64,000 bases of DNA from a virus, in the IMG/VR virus record IMGVR_UViG_3300012953_000013, positions 1 through 64,000 of that record. One strand, 5' to 3'. A program made the translations under genes and the position numbers. How positions within the stretch are numbered: position 1 is the first letter of the stretch; each line of letters starts with the position of its first letter. This document shows positions 17,776-27,267 of the stretch, piece after piece. The notes beneath the pieces were generated by a model. It did no database searches. It saw only the letters and a list, made by a program, of their open reading frames with translations, and was not told where the DNA came from.

Positions 17776-17995
17776 TTAATTCTCCATGTAGGGTTTGGAC
17801 CAGCATCTCTTCCAGGGTGCGAACATTATCTTCTGCCTCTGTAATCTGGCTAGTCAAGTCGACAACTTCCTTTACGATATCCTTATGTTCTCCAATCCCA
17901 GAAGCAGAGCTCAAGTAGACCTCAAGATTTGCCCGGGCTTTAAGAGCTTCGCTCTCATAGTGAATCACCGCTGCACGTAACAATTGTTCTCTCAT
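17768..17995 (-). CDS. Helical hypothetical phage protein (GIGEH motif)
   Basis: ANLEVYLSSASGIGEH; GGAG RBS. Confidence 0.75.
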   Translation of the reverse strand: MREQLLRAAVIHYESEALKARANLEVYLSSASGIGEHKDIVKEVVDLTSQITEAEDNVRTLEEMLVQTLHGELND

Positions 17996-18004
17996 TATTT
18001 CTCC

Positions 18005-18442
18005 TTATACTTTGTATTCAAAGTTAACTGTTGTTTCATTCATCCGCAGTTCAACTGCGTTATTCTTCAAGTGGAAACGCCGAGCCATATTTGTCAGTGG
18101 CGAAAGCGTTACGACTCGTGCAACATCTCCAAGCTTTTTAGCCATGGAAATAACTTGATTAATAATCTCTTTTCCAGCTCCTTTTTCAAGGCTCCAAACC
18201 GTGTATGGAATCATAATGTTTCCAGTTGGGTTTGTGTGCTCTTCCAGGTCTGCTACACTAGACGGAACGCATGTTGTTCTTGCGTAGCAGAGAAAAGCCT
18301 TCCACGCGCCGTCATCACCCCGGAGTCCATAGACTCCTCTTCCTGGCGCGGTTTTAAAATCTGGGCCGAGCTCTGGCCTCACAGGATCAGAGTCAGACCA
18401 TAGTTCTGGATGGGGTGTTACGTCTTCAAGGGTGTGGTTCAT
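18005..18442 (-). CDS. Hypothetical protein, possible GNAT-like fold
   Basis: YTVWSLEKGAGKEII...FHLKNNA resembles GNAT motifs A/B. Confidence 0.6.
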   Translation of the reverse strand: MNHTLEDVTPHPELWSDSDPVRPELGPDFKTAPGRGVYGLRGDDGAWKAFLCYARTTCVPSSVADLEEHTNPTGNIMIPYTVWSLEKGAGKEIINQVISMAKKLGDVARVVTLSPLTNMARRFHLKNNAVELRMNETTVNFEYKV

Positions 18443-18669
18443 TCTAGTGTCAATCCTTCTTTTGGAAATTTAGAGCTGTCGAGGTCTAGGGACATCATCA
18501 CCCGGTCTCCTTGAAAGAGACGGGTACCTTTTGGAATTGGCCGGTATCCAAGTGTGTCTTTGTTCCACCTTAATATCTTCCACTCTTGGCTTTCAAAAGC
18601 AAACCTCTTAAAGAATGAGCCGACGAAACAGCCCAACACAAATCCAATTATCCCTACAATATAAATCAT
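18439..18669 (-). CDS. Membrane-anchored hypothetical protein
   Basis: N-terminal TM helix. Confidence 0.7.
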   Translation of the reverse strand: MIYIVGIIGFVLGCFVGSFFKRFAFESQEWKILRWNKDTLGYRPIPKGTRLFQGDRVMMSLDLDSSKFPKEGLTLE

Positions 18670-18694
18670 ATTAGTGTCCTTTCAATTGTACACA

Positions 18695-19141
18695 TTATAT
18701 TTCAAAAGCTTTTGGGGTGTGACGGAACACGAAATAGGGATAGTAATCATCCGTATTGTCGGTTCCAAACTCCAGCCAGACGTGTCCATCTTCAACGTCA
18801 ACGAGCTGGTATCCCACGTCGTGGGACGAGTACTCAGAGTTTCGGCCCTCATAGACCTCGATCTTTACCTTTCCCAGCGGCTGCCGAAAAAAGATTGAGT
18901 CCGACTTTTCTCCATATTCAATCACGCCAAGGCAGGAGCGGTATCCATCATTTGGGTCCTCAAGGACTTTAAACACTATGCCATCGACGTTGAACTCTTT
19001 TGTCGCATCATCTGCCCCATAGTAGTCCAAGACGAGGTCCTTGAGGGTCGCAAAGTGCCGGAACACCTGTTCCCGGTATGGCCGCTCTTTTTCTTGTTCT
19101 TCACAGTCTTCTGATGTACTATAAGAGAAAAAATCCCGCAT
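18695..19141 (-). CDS. Acidic hypothetical protein
   Basis: Start refined to MRDFFS. Confidence 0.75.
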   Translation of the reverse strand: MRDFFSYSTSEDCEEQEKERPYREQVFRHFATLKDLVLDYYGADDATKEFNVDGIVFKVLEDPNDGYRSCLGVIEYGEKSDSIFFRQPLGKVKIEVYEGRNSEYSSHDVGYQLVDVEDGHVWLEFGTDNTDDYYPYFVFRHTPKAFEI

Positions 19142-19143
19142 GT

Positions 19144-19308
19144 TTAGCCCTTTTTTCGCTGGCGTTTTAACCATCTGGATAATTGTGTTTTTAACTGCTT
19201 GTGCACCTGTTCATCTGCCCCGTGTCTAATTGCGCCCTCAAGGGATTCAAGGAGCTTTTCAGCTGCCTCTACCGCATTAACTGTATATTGCTCTTCATAC
19301 ATATTCAT
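19144..19308 (-). CDS. 54-aa helical protein
   Basis: Translated by hand: MNMYEEQY...RQRKKG; TAATG coupling. Confidence 0.6.
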   Translation of the reverse strand: MNMYEEQYTVNAVEAAEKLLESLEGAIRHGADEQVHKQLKTQLSRWLKRQRKKG

Positions 19309-19760
19309 TAACAATCACCATCCTTAGCATCTTCGATAACACCCACACGTTTCCCCTCGGAAAACGCCTTGATGACCTGGCAGAGTTCCAACATACGGCC
19401 GCAGGCCTCGAGTCCGATGGACTCCAGCTGGGAGAGAGCCTTAAGCTCCATAGCCTCAACATCGACCGTGACCGGTCCGGTGCCGAAATCGACGATAATC
19501 TCCTTGACAACAGGTCCCGCAACAATCGGTAGCGCGGTTCCCTTATTATTATTATATGCCGAAGCATAGTCCTGCTGTCCCATGATTTCATAGGCATAGC
19601 GTTCTACAGCCTGCTTGGCCTCGCGGAGGCCAATGCACTTCTCCCCCTCTGGGGGAGTCGCCGCGGCGCGAAGCGCCTTGATTGCCGCGATTTTTTTGTT
19701 TGCAAGGATGTTTTCTCGCATCTCGGCAACGCCCTCGGCTGTACAGATGATTACTCCCAT
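19308..19760 (-). CDS. Protein with ribosomal L7/L12 C-terminal-like motif
   Basis: KKIAAIKALR...GLREAKQAVE matches the bL12 CTD pattern IKxVRxxxxLGLKEAKxxVE. Confidence 0.65.
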   Translation of the reverse strand: MGVIICTAEGVAEMRENILANKKIAAIKALRAAATPPEGEKCIGLREAKQAVERYAYEIMGQQDYASAYNNNKGTALPIVAGPVVKEIIVDFGTGPVTVDVEAMELKALSQLESIGLEACGRMLELCQVIKAFSEGKRVGVIEDAKDGDC

Positions 19761-19945
19761 TTGCTAACCTCTACTCGACCTCGGCAGGCCTGTTTATCTT
19801 TACGCGCCTTGGAGCTGGATTCGTCCAACCGTGCCGCACGCCCCCGCCAAGTGGCGGGGGTTCCGCCCGCGGCGAAATGAGCCCGACGGCGAGCCCCCTG
19901 TTCCGCCTTGATGCGGTCAAATTTTGTTTTACGCGACTTGTTCAT
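19751..19945 (-). CDS. Small Arg/Ala-rich basic protein
   Basis: 64 aa, GC-rich. Confidence 0.6.
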   Translation of the reverse strand: MNKSRKTKFDRIKAEQGARRRAHFAAGGTPATWRGRAARLDESSSKARKDKQACRGRVEVSKWE

Positions 19946-20300
19946 TATCTTTCATTTCTGCCTGAATGTGAGAGACGACTGCCTTCTTGAGCAGCCAGCT
20001 CGGGATCGTGTGTTCTTCCCCAACCCTGTCAATCGGAGTAACAATGTGGCACTTAACCCAGCAGGAGCGCCCGCGTCGGTAAGACTTCTTTTCCTCACTG
20101 TTCTCCTCGGTCTTGGTTTTTCGATACCGCCGCCCGCCGGTGGTTCGAAAAATCAATTCTTGAACTTCCATCATTGTGCCAGATGGAAGATGCATCCAAC
20201 CCCACCCCGTCGCGAGACCGCGCTGCGCGCGGTAATCCATAAACTTTTCGAAACTGATTTCGTCGATAAGTACGACGTCGTTTGTTTTAACGTATGCCAC
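19929..20300 (-). CDS. Hypothetical protein
   Basis: 123 aa; GGAG RBS; first gene after the promoter. Confidence 0.7.
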   Translation of the reverse strand: MAYVKTNDVVLIDEISFEKFMDYRAQRGLATGWGWMHLPSGTMMEVQELIFRTTGGRRYRKTKTEENSEEKKSYRRGRSCWVKCHIVTPIDRVGEEHTIPSWLLKKAVVSHIQAEMKDNEQVA

Positions 20301-20349
20301 TTTTTTCTCCAGGGCTGGGGTTTGTGTGTTCCTTGATCTTTATAGTTAT

Positions 20350-20378
20350 ATTATACCATATCTGAAGAGCTATTTCAC
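20350..20378 (-). promoter_or_regulatory. GTGAAA-N17-TATAAT promoter
   Basis: ctGTGAAAtagctcttcagatatggTATAAT. Confidence 0.75.
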
Positions 20379-20513
20379 AGAAACACCGCAGTTTATGTAA
20401 TTGTTTGACAATTAAAATAAAACCACCACATTAAATCTGAAGGGGGCTGAGTTGAGATGTACCCTCTCCAATATAGTCCGGCATATTCGATAATTTGAGA
20501 GCACGTATGCAAT

Positions 20514-20711
20514 TTACTCTCCTTCGTATTTGGTCATATTTGAAACAATGTAACCAGTATAGATATAGCCATTGTCATGCTGGACTTTAGCCATGGTGCC
20601 ACCGTAGTAAAGTTCCACCACAGTAAATTCTGGCTTAGAACCCTTTTTGCGATCTTTGATTCGCGGGGCTCGGTAGTAAACTCTATCTCCTACTCTAATT
20701 CTTGCGGCCAT
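20514..20711 (-). CDS. Small GDLV protein
   Basis: IRVGDRVYYR. Confidence 0.7.
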   Translation of the reverse strand: MAARIRVGDRVYYRAPRIKDRKKGSKPEFTVVELYYGGTMAKVQHDNGYIYTGYIVSNMTKYEGE

Positions 20712-20758
20712 CTCGGCCTCCTCTCTTGTGGTGGGGGCTGTGTATCCCCTATATTATT

Positions 20759-20787
20759 ATAATACCACACTGAGAAGCAAATTTCAC
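20759..20787 (-). promoter_or_regulatory. GTGAAA-N17-TATTAT promoter
   Basis: ctGTGAAAtttgcttctcagtgtggTATTAT. Confidence 0.7.
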
Positions 20788-20805
20788 AGAAATGCTTAAA
20801 AAAAT

Positions 20806-20835
20806 AAAAAAAGGGAGGGGCTTGCGCCCCTCCCT
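20806..20835 (-). terminator. Intrinsic terminator
   Basis: 9-10 bp GC stem, GCAA loop, U-run on the minus strand. Confidence 0.85.
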
Positions 20836-20863
20836 CCCCGAAGGTGTCAAGCCTATGGCTTAA

Positions 20864-21103
20864 CTAGACAGAAGGTGAGTCTTCAGAAAGTTCTGCTGTG
20901 AGAAAATTCTGTAGAGCTCGTGCTTCACGAACGGACATCGTGAGTCCTACGGTTCCGGTAGAATACTGCCCATCTACTGGATTCGTACTGATCGTAACAG
21001 TGTTGGCACCTGCTTGGTGGCTGGTGGGGTTAAGGCTTACGCCGTATGTGAAACGCTTGGTTGACTTCTGGTTAGTGTATGACATGCTTTTTTTCTCCTT
21101 CAT
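20864..21103 (-). CDS. Small monocistronic hypothetical protein
   Basis: Own TTGTAC/TATAAT promoter (~21148-21175), AAGGAG RBS and strong terminator. Confidence 0.75.
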   Translation of the reverse strand: MKEKKSMSYTNQKSTKRFTYGVSLNPTSHQAGANTVTISTNPVDGQYSTGTVGLTMSVREARALQNFLTAELSEDSPSV

Positions 21104-21219
21104 TTTGAATAAGCAATTTGTTGGTTGTTATTCCTTCCAACTATGATATTATATCCACTGGTTCAGGGTGTACAAGATATATCAAATAATTTTTTATTTT
21201 TTTAGCCCCCCCCCTCGCG

Positions 21220-21240
21220 AAAAACCGGCTTCGCCGGTTT
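21220..21240 (-). terminator. Intrinsic terminator
   Basis: AAACCGGC-ttc-GCCGGTTT. Confidence 0.75.
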
Positions 21241-21241
21241 A

Positions 21242-21520
21242 TTAGAAATTCGTCCGGCATTGAAGGAATTCATAGTTGGGATGTGTGCACTGCAGGCTTG
21301 AGGTAAAACTCTCTAAATCATAAGATTGAAATACTTCGCTTGGACAAGCGATATAACAGTCTGAGAGTTCACCAATTGGAAAGCCAAGATAAGAACACTC
21401 AAAGGGGATAAGGTGCAAAGCTGGAGTTGTTGCTCCTGCATCGACCTGTTGAATTTCTCGAGGTCCAGAACCACAACACCCAAAGCTAAGAATAAAAAAT
21501 AAGAGCACGGTATTACGCAT
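21242..21520 (-). CDS. Cys-rich lipoprotein-like protein
   Basis: Signal ending LSFGC; 8 Cys. Confidence 0.65.
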   Translation of the reverse strand: MRNTVLLFFILSFGCCGSGPREIQQVDAGATTPALHLIPFECSYLGFPIGELSDCYIACPSEVFQSYDLESFTSSLQCTHPNYEFLQCRTNF

Positions 21521-21538
21521 GATAAAATACCCTTCTTA

Positions 21539-21658
21539 TCAGTAAAGATAAGTAGACAACATGTTCCCCAACTTCATTGTCAGAAAAAAGCAAACTCCAA
21601 ATATCGTAACTGATGCGGTGGAAAGAATTAGCCACCTTTTAATTGATTCTTTATCCAT
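21539..21658 (-). CDS. 39-aa membrane peptide
   Basis: Translated by hand: MDKESIKRWLILS...; one TM helix. Confidence 0.45.
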   Translation of the reverse strand: MDKESIKRWLILSTASVTIFGVCFFLTMKLGNMLSTYLY

Positions 21659-21697
21659 GATGGTATTATAAGCCCTTATTGCAACTTGTTTAGTGGT

Positions 21698-23014
21698 CTA
21701 ATATCTGTAATCTTCAGGTTTATAGGGTCCATGAATTGGTACCCCAATATATTCTGATTGATGTGGTAGCAAAGTATCTAGACGAGCATTAATATGATTT
21801 AAGTGAAGTGAAGCAACTTCTTCGTCTAGACGCTTTGGCAAAGTATACAGTTTGTTCTCATATTTTTCACCATGGTTCCAAAGCTCCATTTGAGCTAACA
21901 CCTGGTTTGTAAAAGAACAAGACATAACAAAGCTTGGATGACCAGTAGCACAACCTAAATTCACCAGTCTTCCCTCTGCTAAGACGATAATATCTCTGCT
22001 AAGTTGGCCGCCAACAACACTTCTGTGAGGAATTTTATAGAGGTCTACTTGCGGCTTGATATTAACTCTTTCTGTCAATTTATTTAACCATGCCATGTCG
22101 ATTTCATTATCAAAGTGGCCAATATTGCAGACAATGGTTTTGTCATTCATTTCAAGAAAATGTTCTGCACGGATAACATCGCAGTTTCCCGTAGCGGTAA
22201 CAACTATGTTCGATTCTAGAATCGCATCTTCCATGCGCATTACTTGATAACCGTCCATCGCAGCTTGAAGAGCACAAATTGGATCGACTTCAGTAACTAT
22301 TACACGACAACCAGCAGCAGAAAGAGAAGCAGCGGAACCCTTTCCAACATCTCCATAGCCAGCAACAACGGCAACTTTACCGGCCATCATCACATCAGTC
22401 GCTCTTCGAATAGCATCTACTAGACTCTCACGGCAGCCGTACTTGTTATCAAACTTACTTTTAGTAACCGAATCATTTACGTTAATTGCCGGAACTGAAA
22501 GAACGCCATCGTTTTCATACTCTTTTAATCTAAGCACTCCCGTTGTTGTCTCTTCTGAAATACCAGCAATATCTTCATAAAGATGGGCGTGATTATCAAA
22601 AATGTATTTTGTTAAATCACCACCGTCGTCCAGTATCATGTTTGGCCCAAGTTCTTGATTAGGAGCAAACCACAAAACACTTTCTAGTGCTTCATTATAT
22701 TCTTCGTCAGTCATTCCCTTCCAAGCAAAAACTGGAATGCCTTTACTTGCAACATAAGCAGCTGCGTGGTCTTGAGTTGAGAAGATATTGCAAGTCATCC
22801 ATCGCACGTCCGCGCCGAGATCGACCAAAGTATCTATCAACACTGCAGTTTGGATAGTCATATGCAAACAGCCAGCGATTCTAGCTCCCTTAAGAGGTTT
22901 TTCATACGAATATCTCTCTCTTAGAGCCATCAACCCAGGCATCTCGCACTCTGCTAGCATTACTTCTTGCTTGCCCCAATCAGCCAAGTCAATATTTTTT
23001 ATCTTATAGTCCAT
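21698..23014 (-). CDS. ahcY: Adenosylhomocysteinase (SAH hydrolase)
   Basis: [65 protein letters not shown]. Confidence 0.97.
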   Translation of the reverse strand: MDYKIKNIDLADWGKQEVMLAECEMPGLMALRERYSYEKPLKGARIAGCLHMTIQTAVLIDTLVDLGADVRWMTCNIFSTQDHAAAYVASKGIPVFAWKGMTDEEYNEALESVLWFAPNQELGPNMILDDGGDLTKYIFDNHAHLYEDIAGISEETTTGVLRLKEYENDGVLSVPAINVNDSVTKSKFDNKYGCRESLVDAIRRATDVMMAGKVAVVAGYGDVGKGSAASLSAAGCRVIVTEVDPICALQAAMDGYQVMRMEDAILESNIVVTATGNCDVIRAEHFLEMNDKTIVCNIGHFDNEIDMAWLNKLTERVNIKPQVDLYKIPHRSVVGGQLSRDIIVLAEGRLVNLGCATGHPSFVMSCSFTNQVLAQMELWNHGEKYENKLYTLPKRLDEEVASLHLNHINARLDTLLPHQSEYIGVPIHGPYKPEDYRY

Positions 23015-24458
23015 GTTTTTTCCTTTGTTCATCGAATAAATTCATTAATTTATCTACAGATTTTTTGTAGTTTTTCTTATTTCTCCAACCGTTTTCTGGA
23101 ATCAATGTATTTTTATCGATCAGGGGGTGAAGAGGTATTGTTTTCCCAGTCATAGAATGATATACGGTATCTTGAGTGGCTAGAGAACCGTCTAGAATAC
23201 TATCAATTATATGCCTTGTTGTCTTTATTGATATGCGTTTACCTTCCCCGTACGGGCCACCGGTCCACCCAGTATTGACTAACCAGCACTGAACTCCGTG
23301 CTCTACTATTTTCTCTCTCAGAAGATTCGCATATTTTTCAACTGGTAGCGGCATAAAGGGAGCCCCAAAACAGGGAGAAAACGTAGCTGATGGTTCGGTT
23401 ACACCAGACTCTGTACCTGCAACTTTCGCAGTATAGCCAAGAGAAAACTGCTCTACTGCTTCTTCAGTTGTTAGTTTAGATACTGGAGGTAAAACGCCGA
23501 AAGAATCGCATGTAAGCATAATAATGTTTTTAGGGTGCTTATGAACGTACCCTTTAGAATCAGCGTTGGAAATAGCTGATGTTGAATATGATGCCCTTCC
23601 ATTCTCTGTATATCTGGAGCTTGAAAAATCAGGAACCCCATTTTCTAAAAACACGTTCTCTAAAATAGTGTTTGGTAATTGACAAGCGTCCCATATTTCG
23701 GGTTCGTCTTCTTGAGACAAATTAAAAGTCTTTGCATAACATCCGCCCTCGAAATTTGTTAATCCACTTGAAGTCCAAGCGTGTTCATCGTCACCGATTA
23801 AAATTCTATTAGAATCTGAACTTAAGGTGGTTTTTCCTGTACCGGAAAGACCGAAAAATATAGCTGGATTCTCCTTGTTCATATCAGTATTTACTGAGCA
23901 ATGCATTGGTAAAAATCCAGCTTGTGGAAACTGATAATTCAAAACTGAAAAAACACTCTTTTTAATTTCTCCAGCGTAAAGAGTGCCAGAGATTAAAATC
24001 TTTTTCCTAGAAATTGATATGAGAACTGTCGGCTCTTTTAGTAAAGAGGGAAAATGAAAAACTTCATACCCATCTTTAGCTGCTAAAGAATCTATCGGCA
24101 CAAACATATTTCTAGAAAACAAGGAGTGCTGGGGTAATTCTGAATATATTGAAACTGGCATAGAGAATTCTGGATCCCTAACAGCCTGAACTGTTTGTAG
24201 ATAAATGTTTTCTGAGTTTTCAGCAAAAAAATCTCTGAAAATCTCCCAATATTCATCAAACTCTTTAGACTCAATCGACTTGTTATTTTCCCAGTCTATT
24301 TTATTAAGACTAGAATAGTCAACTTCATATCTTTTTGCATTCGGACTACGGCCTGTAAATTCGCCTGTCCATGTGTATAAAACACTATTGATTACTACGT
24401 TCTTAGAATCAGCTTTTGCTTCTTGTAAAAGTTGAGCTTCTCCGACGTTTACTTTCAC
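23004..24458 (-). CDS. pckA: Phosphoenolpyruvate carboxykinase (ATP)
   Basis: [52 protein letters not shown]. Confidence 0.95.
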   Translation of the reverse strand: MKVNVGEAQLLQEAKADSKNVVINSVLYTWTGEFTGRSPNAKRYEVDYSSLNKIDWENNKSIESKEFDEYWEIFRDFFAENSENIYLQTVQAVRDPEFSMPVSIYSELPQHSLFSRNMFVPIDSLAAKDGYEVFHFPSLLKEPTVLISISRKKILISGTLYAGEIKKSVFSVLNYQFPQAGFLPMHCSVNTDMNKENPAIFFGLSGTGKTTLSSDSNRILIGDDEHAWTSSGLTNFEGGCYAKTFNLSQEDEPEIWDACQLPNTILENVFLENGVPDFSSSRYTENGRASYSTSAISNADSKGYVHKHPKNIIMLTCDSFGVLPPVSKLTTEEAVEQFSLGYTAKVAGTESGVTEPSATFSPCFGAPFMPLPVEKYANLLREKIVEHGVQCWLVNTGWTGGPYGEGKRISIKTTRHIIDSILDGSLATQDTVYHSMTGKTIPLHPLIDKNTLIPENGWRNKKNYKKSVDKLMNLFDEQRKKHGL

Positions 24459-24478
24459 CTATAACCCCTCACTTTTTA

Positions 24479-24554
24479 TGGCTCCCCCGGCAGGACTCGA
24501 ACCTACGACCCGCTGATTAACAGTCAGCTGCTCTACCAACTGAGCTACAGGGGA
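24479..24554 (-). tRNA. tRNA-Asn(GTT)
   Basis: Cloverleaf, anticodon loop CTGTTAA, TTCGA T-loop, encoded CCA. Confidence 0.95.
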
Positions 24555-24593
24555 ATAATATAAGAAGATTATAATTTATAAATCTGGGATGTA

Positions 24594-24788
24594 TCAGCTA
24601 TTATCGTTTTTCTTTTTCAAGCTGGAAACTGCTGCCCTTATTTCAGACTCATCAAGGCCTAATTTACCGTTCAGTTCCCACAACGCTTTTTCAATTTCAT
24701 TAGTGACGTCTGGCATTTCAGCTAAATCTGAAACATCATAAACTTTCGGTTTTCTAAAATACTTTGCAATTTTCTCTCTTAATGACAT
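24594..24788 (-). CDS. Hypothetical protein
   Basis: 64 aa; GGAGG RBS. Confidence 0.7.
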   Translation of the reverse strand: MSLREKIAKYFRKPKVYDVSDLAEMPDVTNEIEKALWELNGKLGLDESEIRAAVSSLKKKNDNS

Positions 24789-24834
24789 ACACTGCGCCTC
24801 CTGCTTGTCGCCCTCTATATTAATCTGTCGCCCT

Positions 24835-24866
24835 AAAAAAAAGAGGAGTTACAAAAGTAACTCCCC
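24835..24866 (-). terminator. Intrinsic terminator
   Basis: GGAGTTAC-aaaa-GTAACTCC with U-run on the minus strand. Confidence 0.7.
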
Positions 24867-24983
24867 TCCTAAATATAACAAAGGTTACTAAACTAAACTC
24901 AAATCGAATCTGAGAATTTCACCTGTAACATATAATTTACTCAAATTAATATAGGCTTAAAGCATAGCCGCTCCTTAAAAAAA

Positions 24984-25070
24984 TGGTACCTGAGGCGGGA
25001 CTCGAACCCGCAAGCCCAATGGGGCGAGAGATTTTAAGTCTCTTGTGTATACCAATTCCACCACTCAGGC
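24984..25070 (-). tRNA. tRNA-Leu(TAA)
   Basis: Long variable arm, loop CTTAAAA, CCA; ATGAAA-N17-TATAAT promoter at 25099-25127. Confidence 0.95.
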
Positions 25071-25145
25071 ATAATCTCTATCAACCTCTAATACTTAGAT
25101 TATATCAATAAGCTCAAATGTTTTCATATCTAAAATCTTTCTTTC

Positions 25146-25382
25146 TTATCCTACGGTACCAACAAGAACCGGAAGAATAACATAATCATCAGGATCAAGA
25201 GCAACAACACCTGCATCCGGATCTGCTAGATTACAAGGAACAAAAAGTGCTTTACCACGAGCATCATTTGGTCCCCAAGCATTAGTAGCAACATCAGCAT
25301 CAGTAACAACACGAAGTGCGCCTTCACCAATACGAACAACACCACCAAAAGAAACATCACGAATAATACTAATAATTGCCAT
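25146..25382 (-). CDS. 78-aa protein with strongly biased (NNT, CGT) codon usage
   Basis: Start refined to MAIISIIRD; own promoter and 5' hairpin. Confidence 0.7.
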   Translation of the reverse strand: MAIISIIRDVSFGGVVRIGEGALRVVTDADVATNAWGPNDARGKALFVPCNLADPDAGVVALDPDDYVILPVLVGTVG

Positions 25383-25430
25383 TTGTCTATTTTCCACCGT
25401 GATTGGGTACCATCCCCAATCAACATATAG

Positions 25431-25459
25431 ATTATAACATATTAAGAGCAGTATTTCAC
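25431..25459 (-). promoter_or_regulatory. GTGAAA-N17-TATAAT promoter
   Basis: cGTGAAAtactgctcttaatatgtTATAAT. Confidence 0.7.
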
Positions 25460-25803
25460 GAATTGTCCGCAATTAATATTGAAAAAATTCCGTGCATATC
25501 TGAACAAAGAGGTTGGTGCCGCAATGGAGGGGGCTCGGTGTTATTATGATAGAAAATAAAAGTAGAGCTTGTCCAAGGTGATTCATCTTCAAGTTCTGAA
25601 GTACACCTCATCTCAAGAATATTTCCTGGCAATTGTCTCGAAGACCACTCTTTACAGCCTGCTGAAGCAGAGTTAACTGAAAATGCATCGATACAAAAAG
25701 ATCCCGATGGATTAAAAGAGTCTAACCAAGTAGTTGTTGATTGTACACGCGTGTGAGCGCACCCAGCAGTAGTTAATAACAGCAAAATTAAAAGTTTTCT
25801 CAT
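25456..25803 (-). CDS. Lipoprotein
   Basis: MRKLLILLLLTTAGC lipobox. Confidence 0.7.
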   Translation of the reverse strand: MRKLLILLLLTTAGCAHTRVQSTTTWLDSFNPSGSFCIDAFSVNSASAGCKEWSSRQLPGNILEMRCTSELEDESPWTSSTFIFYHNNTEPPPLRHQPLCSDMHGIFSILIADNS

Positions 25804-25804
25804 T

Positions 25805-26479
25805 TTATTCCTTAATCATAGCAAAAGTCGAGTAGTAGTCTTCGGGCTTGTGCTTATGTTTGTAAGCATTTATTTCTCTATAACCAAGATCCCAAAATGC
25901 AGTATTCACAGCTTCAACAACTCCGAAATTTTGTGGACGGTTGTATCGATTAGTGAAGTCATCTCCCGCGATGATTCCACCCGACTTAACTTTTGGATAA
26001 TAGAGTTGAATATCATTTAAAACTGACTCATAATCATGGGCTCCATCAATAAATATAAAGTCTAGCTCTCCATCTGGTATTTCGCAAGCTGCCAAACTGG
26101 ATTTTTCTCTTACCCAAATAGCGTTGCTTCCCCTAACATGATTCTCCACCCTAGATCTTGTCTCTTGATAAAGCTCTTCATCTAGATATTTGTTTACGGT
26201 ATCAAGCTTATTTGAGTCGTCAGCGGCTTCTTTGCAAAACGGGTCTATGAGGTATATTTTTTTCACATCCCAACACTCTAGCATAGCCAGCGTGCTTTTA
26301 CCTCTAAAGACTCCGATCTCTGCTGCGACAATATCTTTCTTATTCTTAAGAAGATGTAAGACCGGAGAAACAGACCCATAATACTTTTCTTTATCTCTGT
26401 CAAGTAAAAAACTCTGCCATTGATGGTATTTAATGTTTAACACATTTCGCTGGTTTGTTCGTTGGTATCTCTTAATCAA
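25805..26479 (-). CDS. Class I SAM-dependent methyltransferase (Methyltransf_24-like)
   Basis: AEIGVFRGKS, DFIFIDGAHDYE, GGIIAGDD. Confidence 0.88.
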   Translation of the reverse strand: MIKRYQRTNQRNVLNIKYHQWQSFLLDRDKEKYYGSVSPVLHLLKNKKDIVAAEIGVFRGKSTLAMLECWDVKKIYLIDPFCKEAADDSNKLDTVNKYLDEELYQETRSRVENHVRGSNAIWVREKSSLAACEIPDGELDFIFIDGAHDYESVLNDIQLYYPKVKSGGIIAGDDFTNRYNRPQNFGVVEAVNTAFWDLGYREINAYKHKHKPEDYYSTFAMIKE

Positions 26480-26568
26480 AGCTCAAGCCTTTTAATATCT
26501 CTTTAAATAGATTATATTTAGAATAGAAATTTGTATCGGCAAAACATATATAGATTAAAGGGAATGTT

Positions 26569-27216
26569 ATGTCAATAAGAAAACTTATAAGAGAAATCAT
26601 TGAAGAAGAAGAAGCAAATAGAGCTGCTAGCGCTACTATGCCAATGCCACAATTCCCAAAAGGGAGTTGGCACGCAGTAGAGCCTGGCTCAGAAGAATTT
26701 GAAGCTCTTCAAGACCACATATACAACTTGGTAAATACAGCTTATGCTGGAATAGGTGGCCACATAAAAATATCCTCTCCCCAGAGCTTAGGCAGATATA
26801 AATATTGGGTCGTAAATGATCATGATGATGATCCCGAAATAGACATTGCTATTTTTGGAAAGCCAGAGTTTGGTACTAAATCCGGGGGAGTTGGACATGA
26901 TGGTAGCGCAGAATCTGTTAGTTTATACAAAAATAAAAGCGCTGACCTCAGAAAAGGTGGGACAATAGACGGTATTGGAAACTGGTGGGGAGAAGTTAGC
27001 GGAAAAGCTGCTTACGGATTAATATCACGAGGAGCTCCAGCTGTAGAAGATGAAGCAATGGTAGCTCAATTACTAGATGGTGACAGCTACACTTGGCATG
27101 GAGAACACCCTAGCCCAAATGCTCCAGAAATGTTTAAGAGTAAAAAAGGGTGGTACACTAAAGATTTTGGTCCCGGTGGTAAACACACTAAAATAATCTT
27201 AGGAATCCCTTCTTAA
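26569..27216 (+). CDS. Tagged hypothetical protein (MSIRKLIREIIEEE)
   Basis: Tag variant; opposite strand; ATATTTA upstream. Confidence 0.8.
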   Translation: MSIRKLIREIIEEEEANRAASATMPMPQFPKGSWHAVEPGSEEFEALQDHIYNLVNTAYAGIGGHIKISSPQSLGRYKYWVVNDHDDDPEIDIAIFGKPEFGTKSGGVGHDGSAESVSLYKNKSADLRKGGTIDGIGNWWGEVSGKAAYGLISRGAPAVEDEAMVAQLLDGDSYTWHGEHPSPNAPEMFKSKKGWYTKDFGPGGKHTKIILGIPS

Positions 27217-27267
27217 ACTACGTTTATCCCTGATCAGAAGCCTTTCTTTTTTATCTTTAAACGTAGT

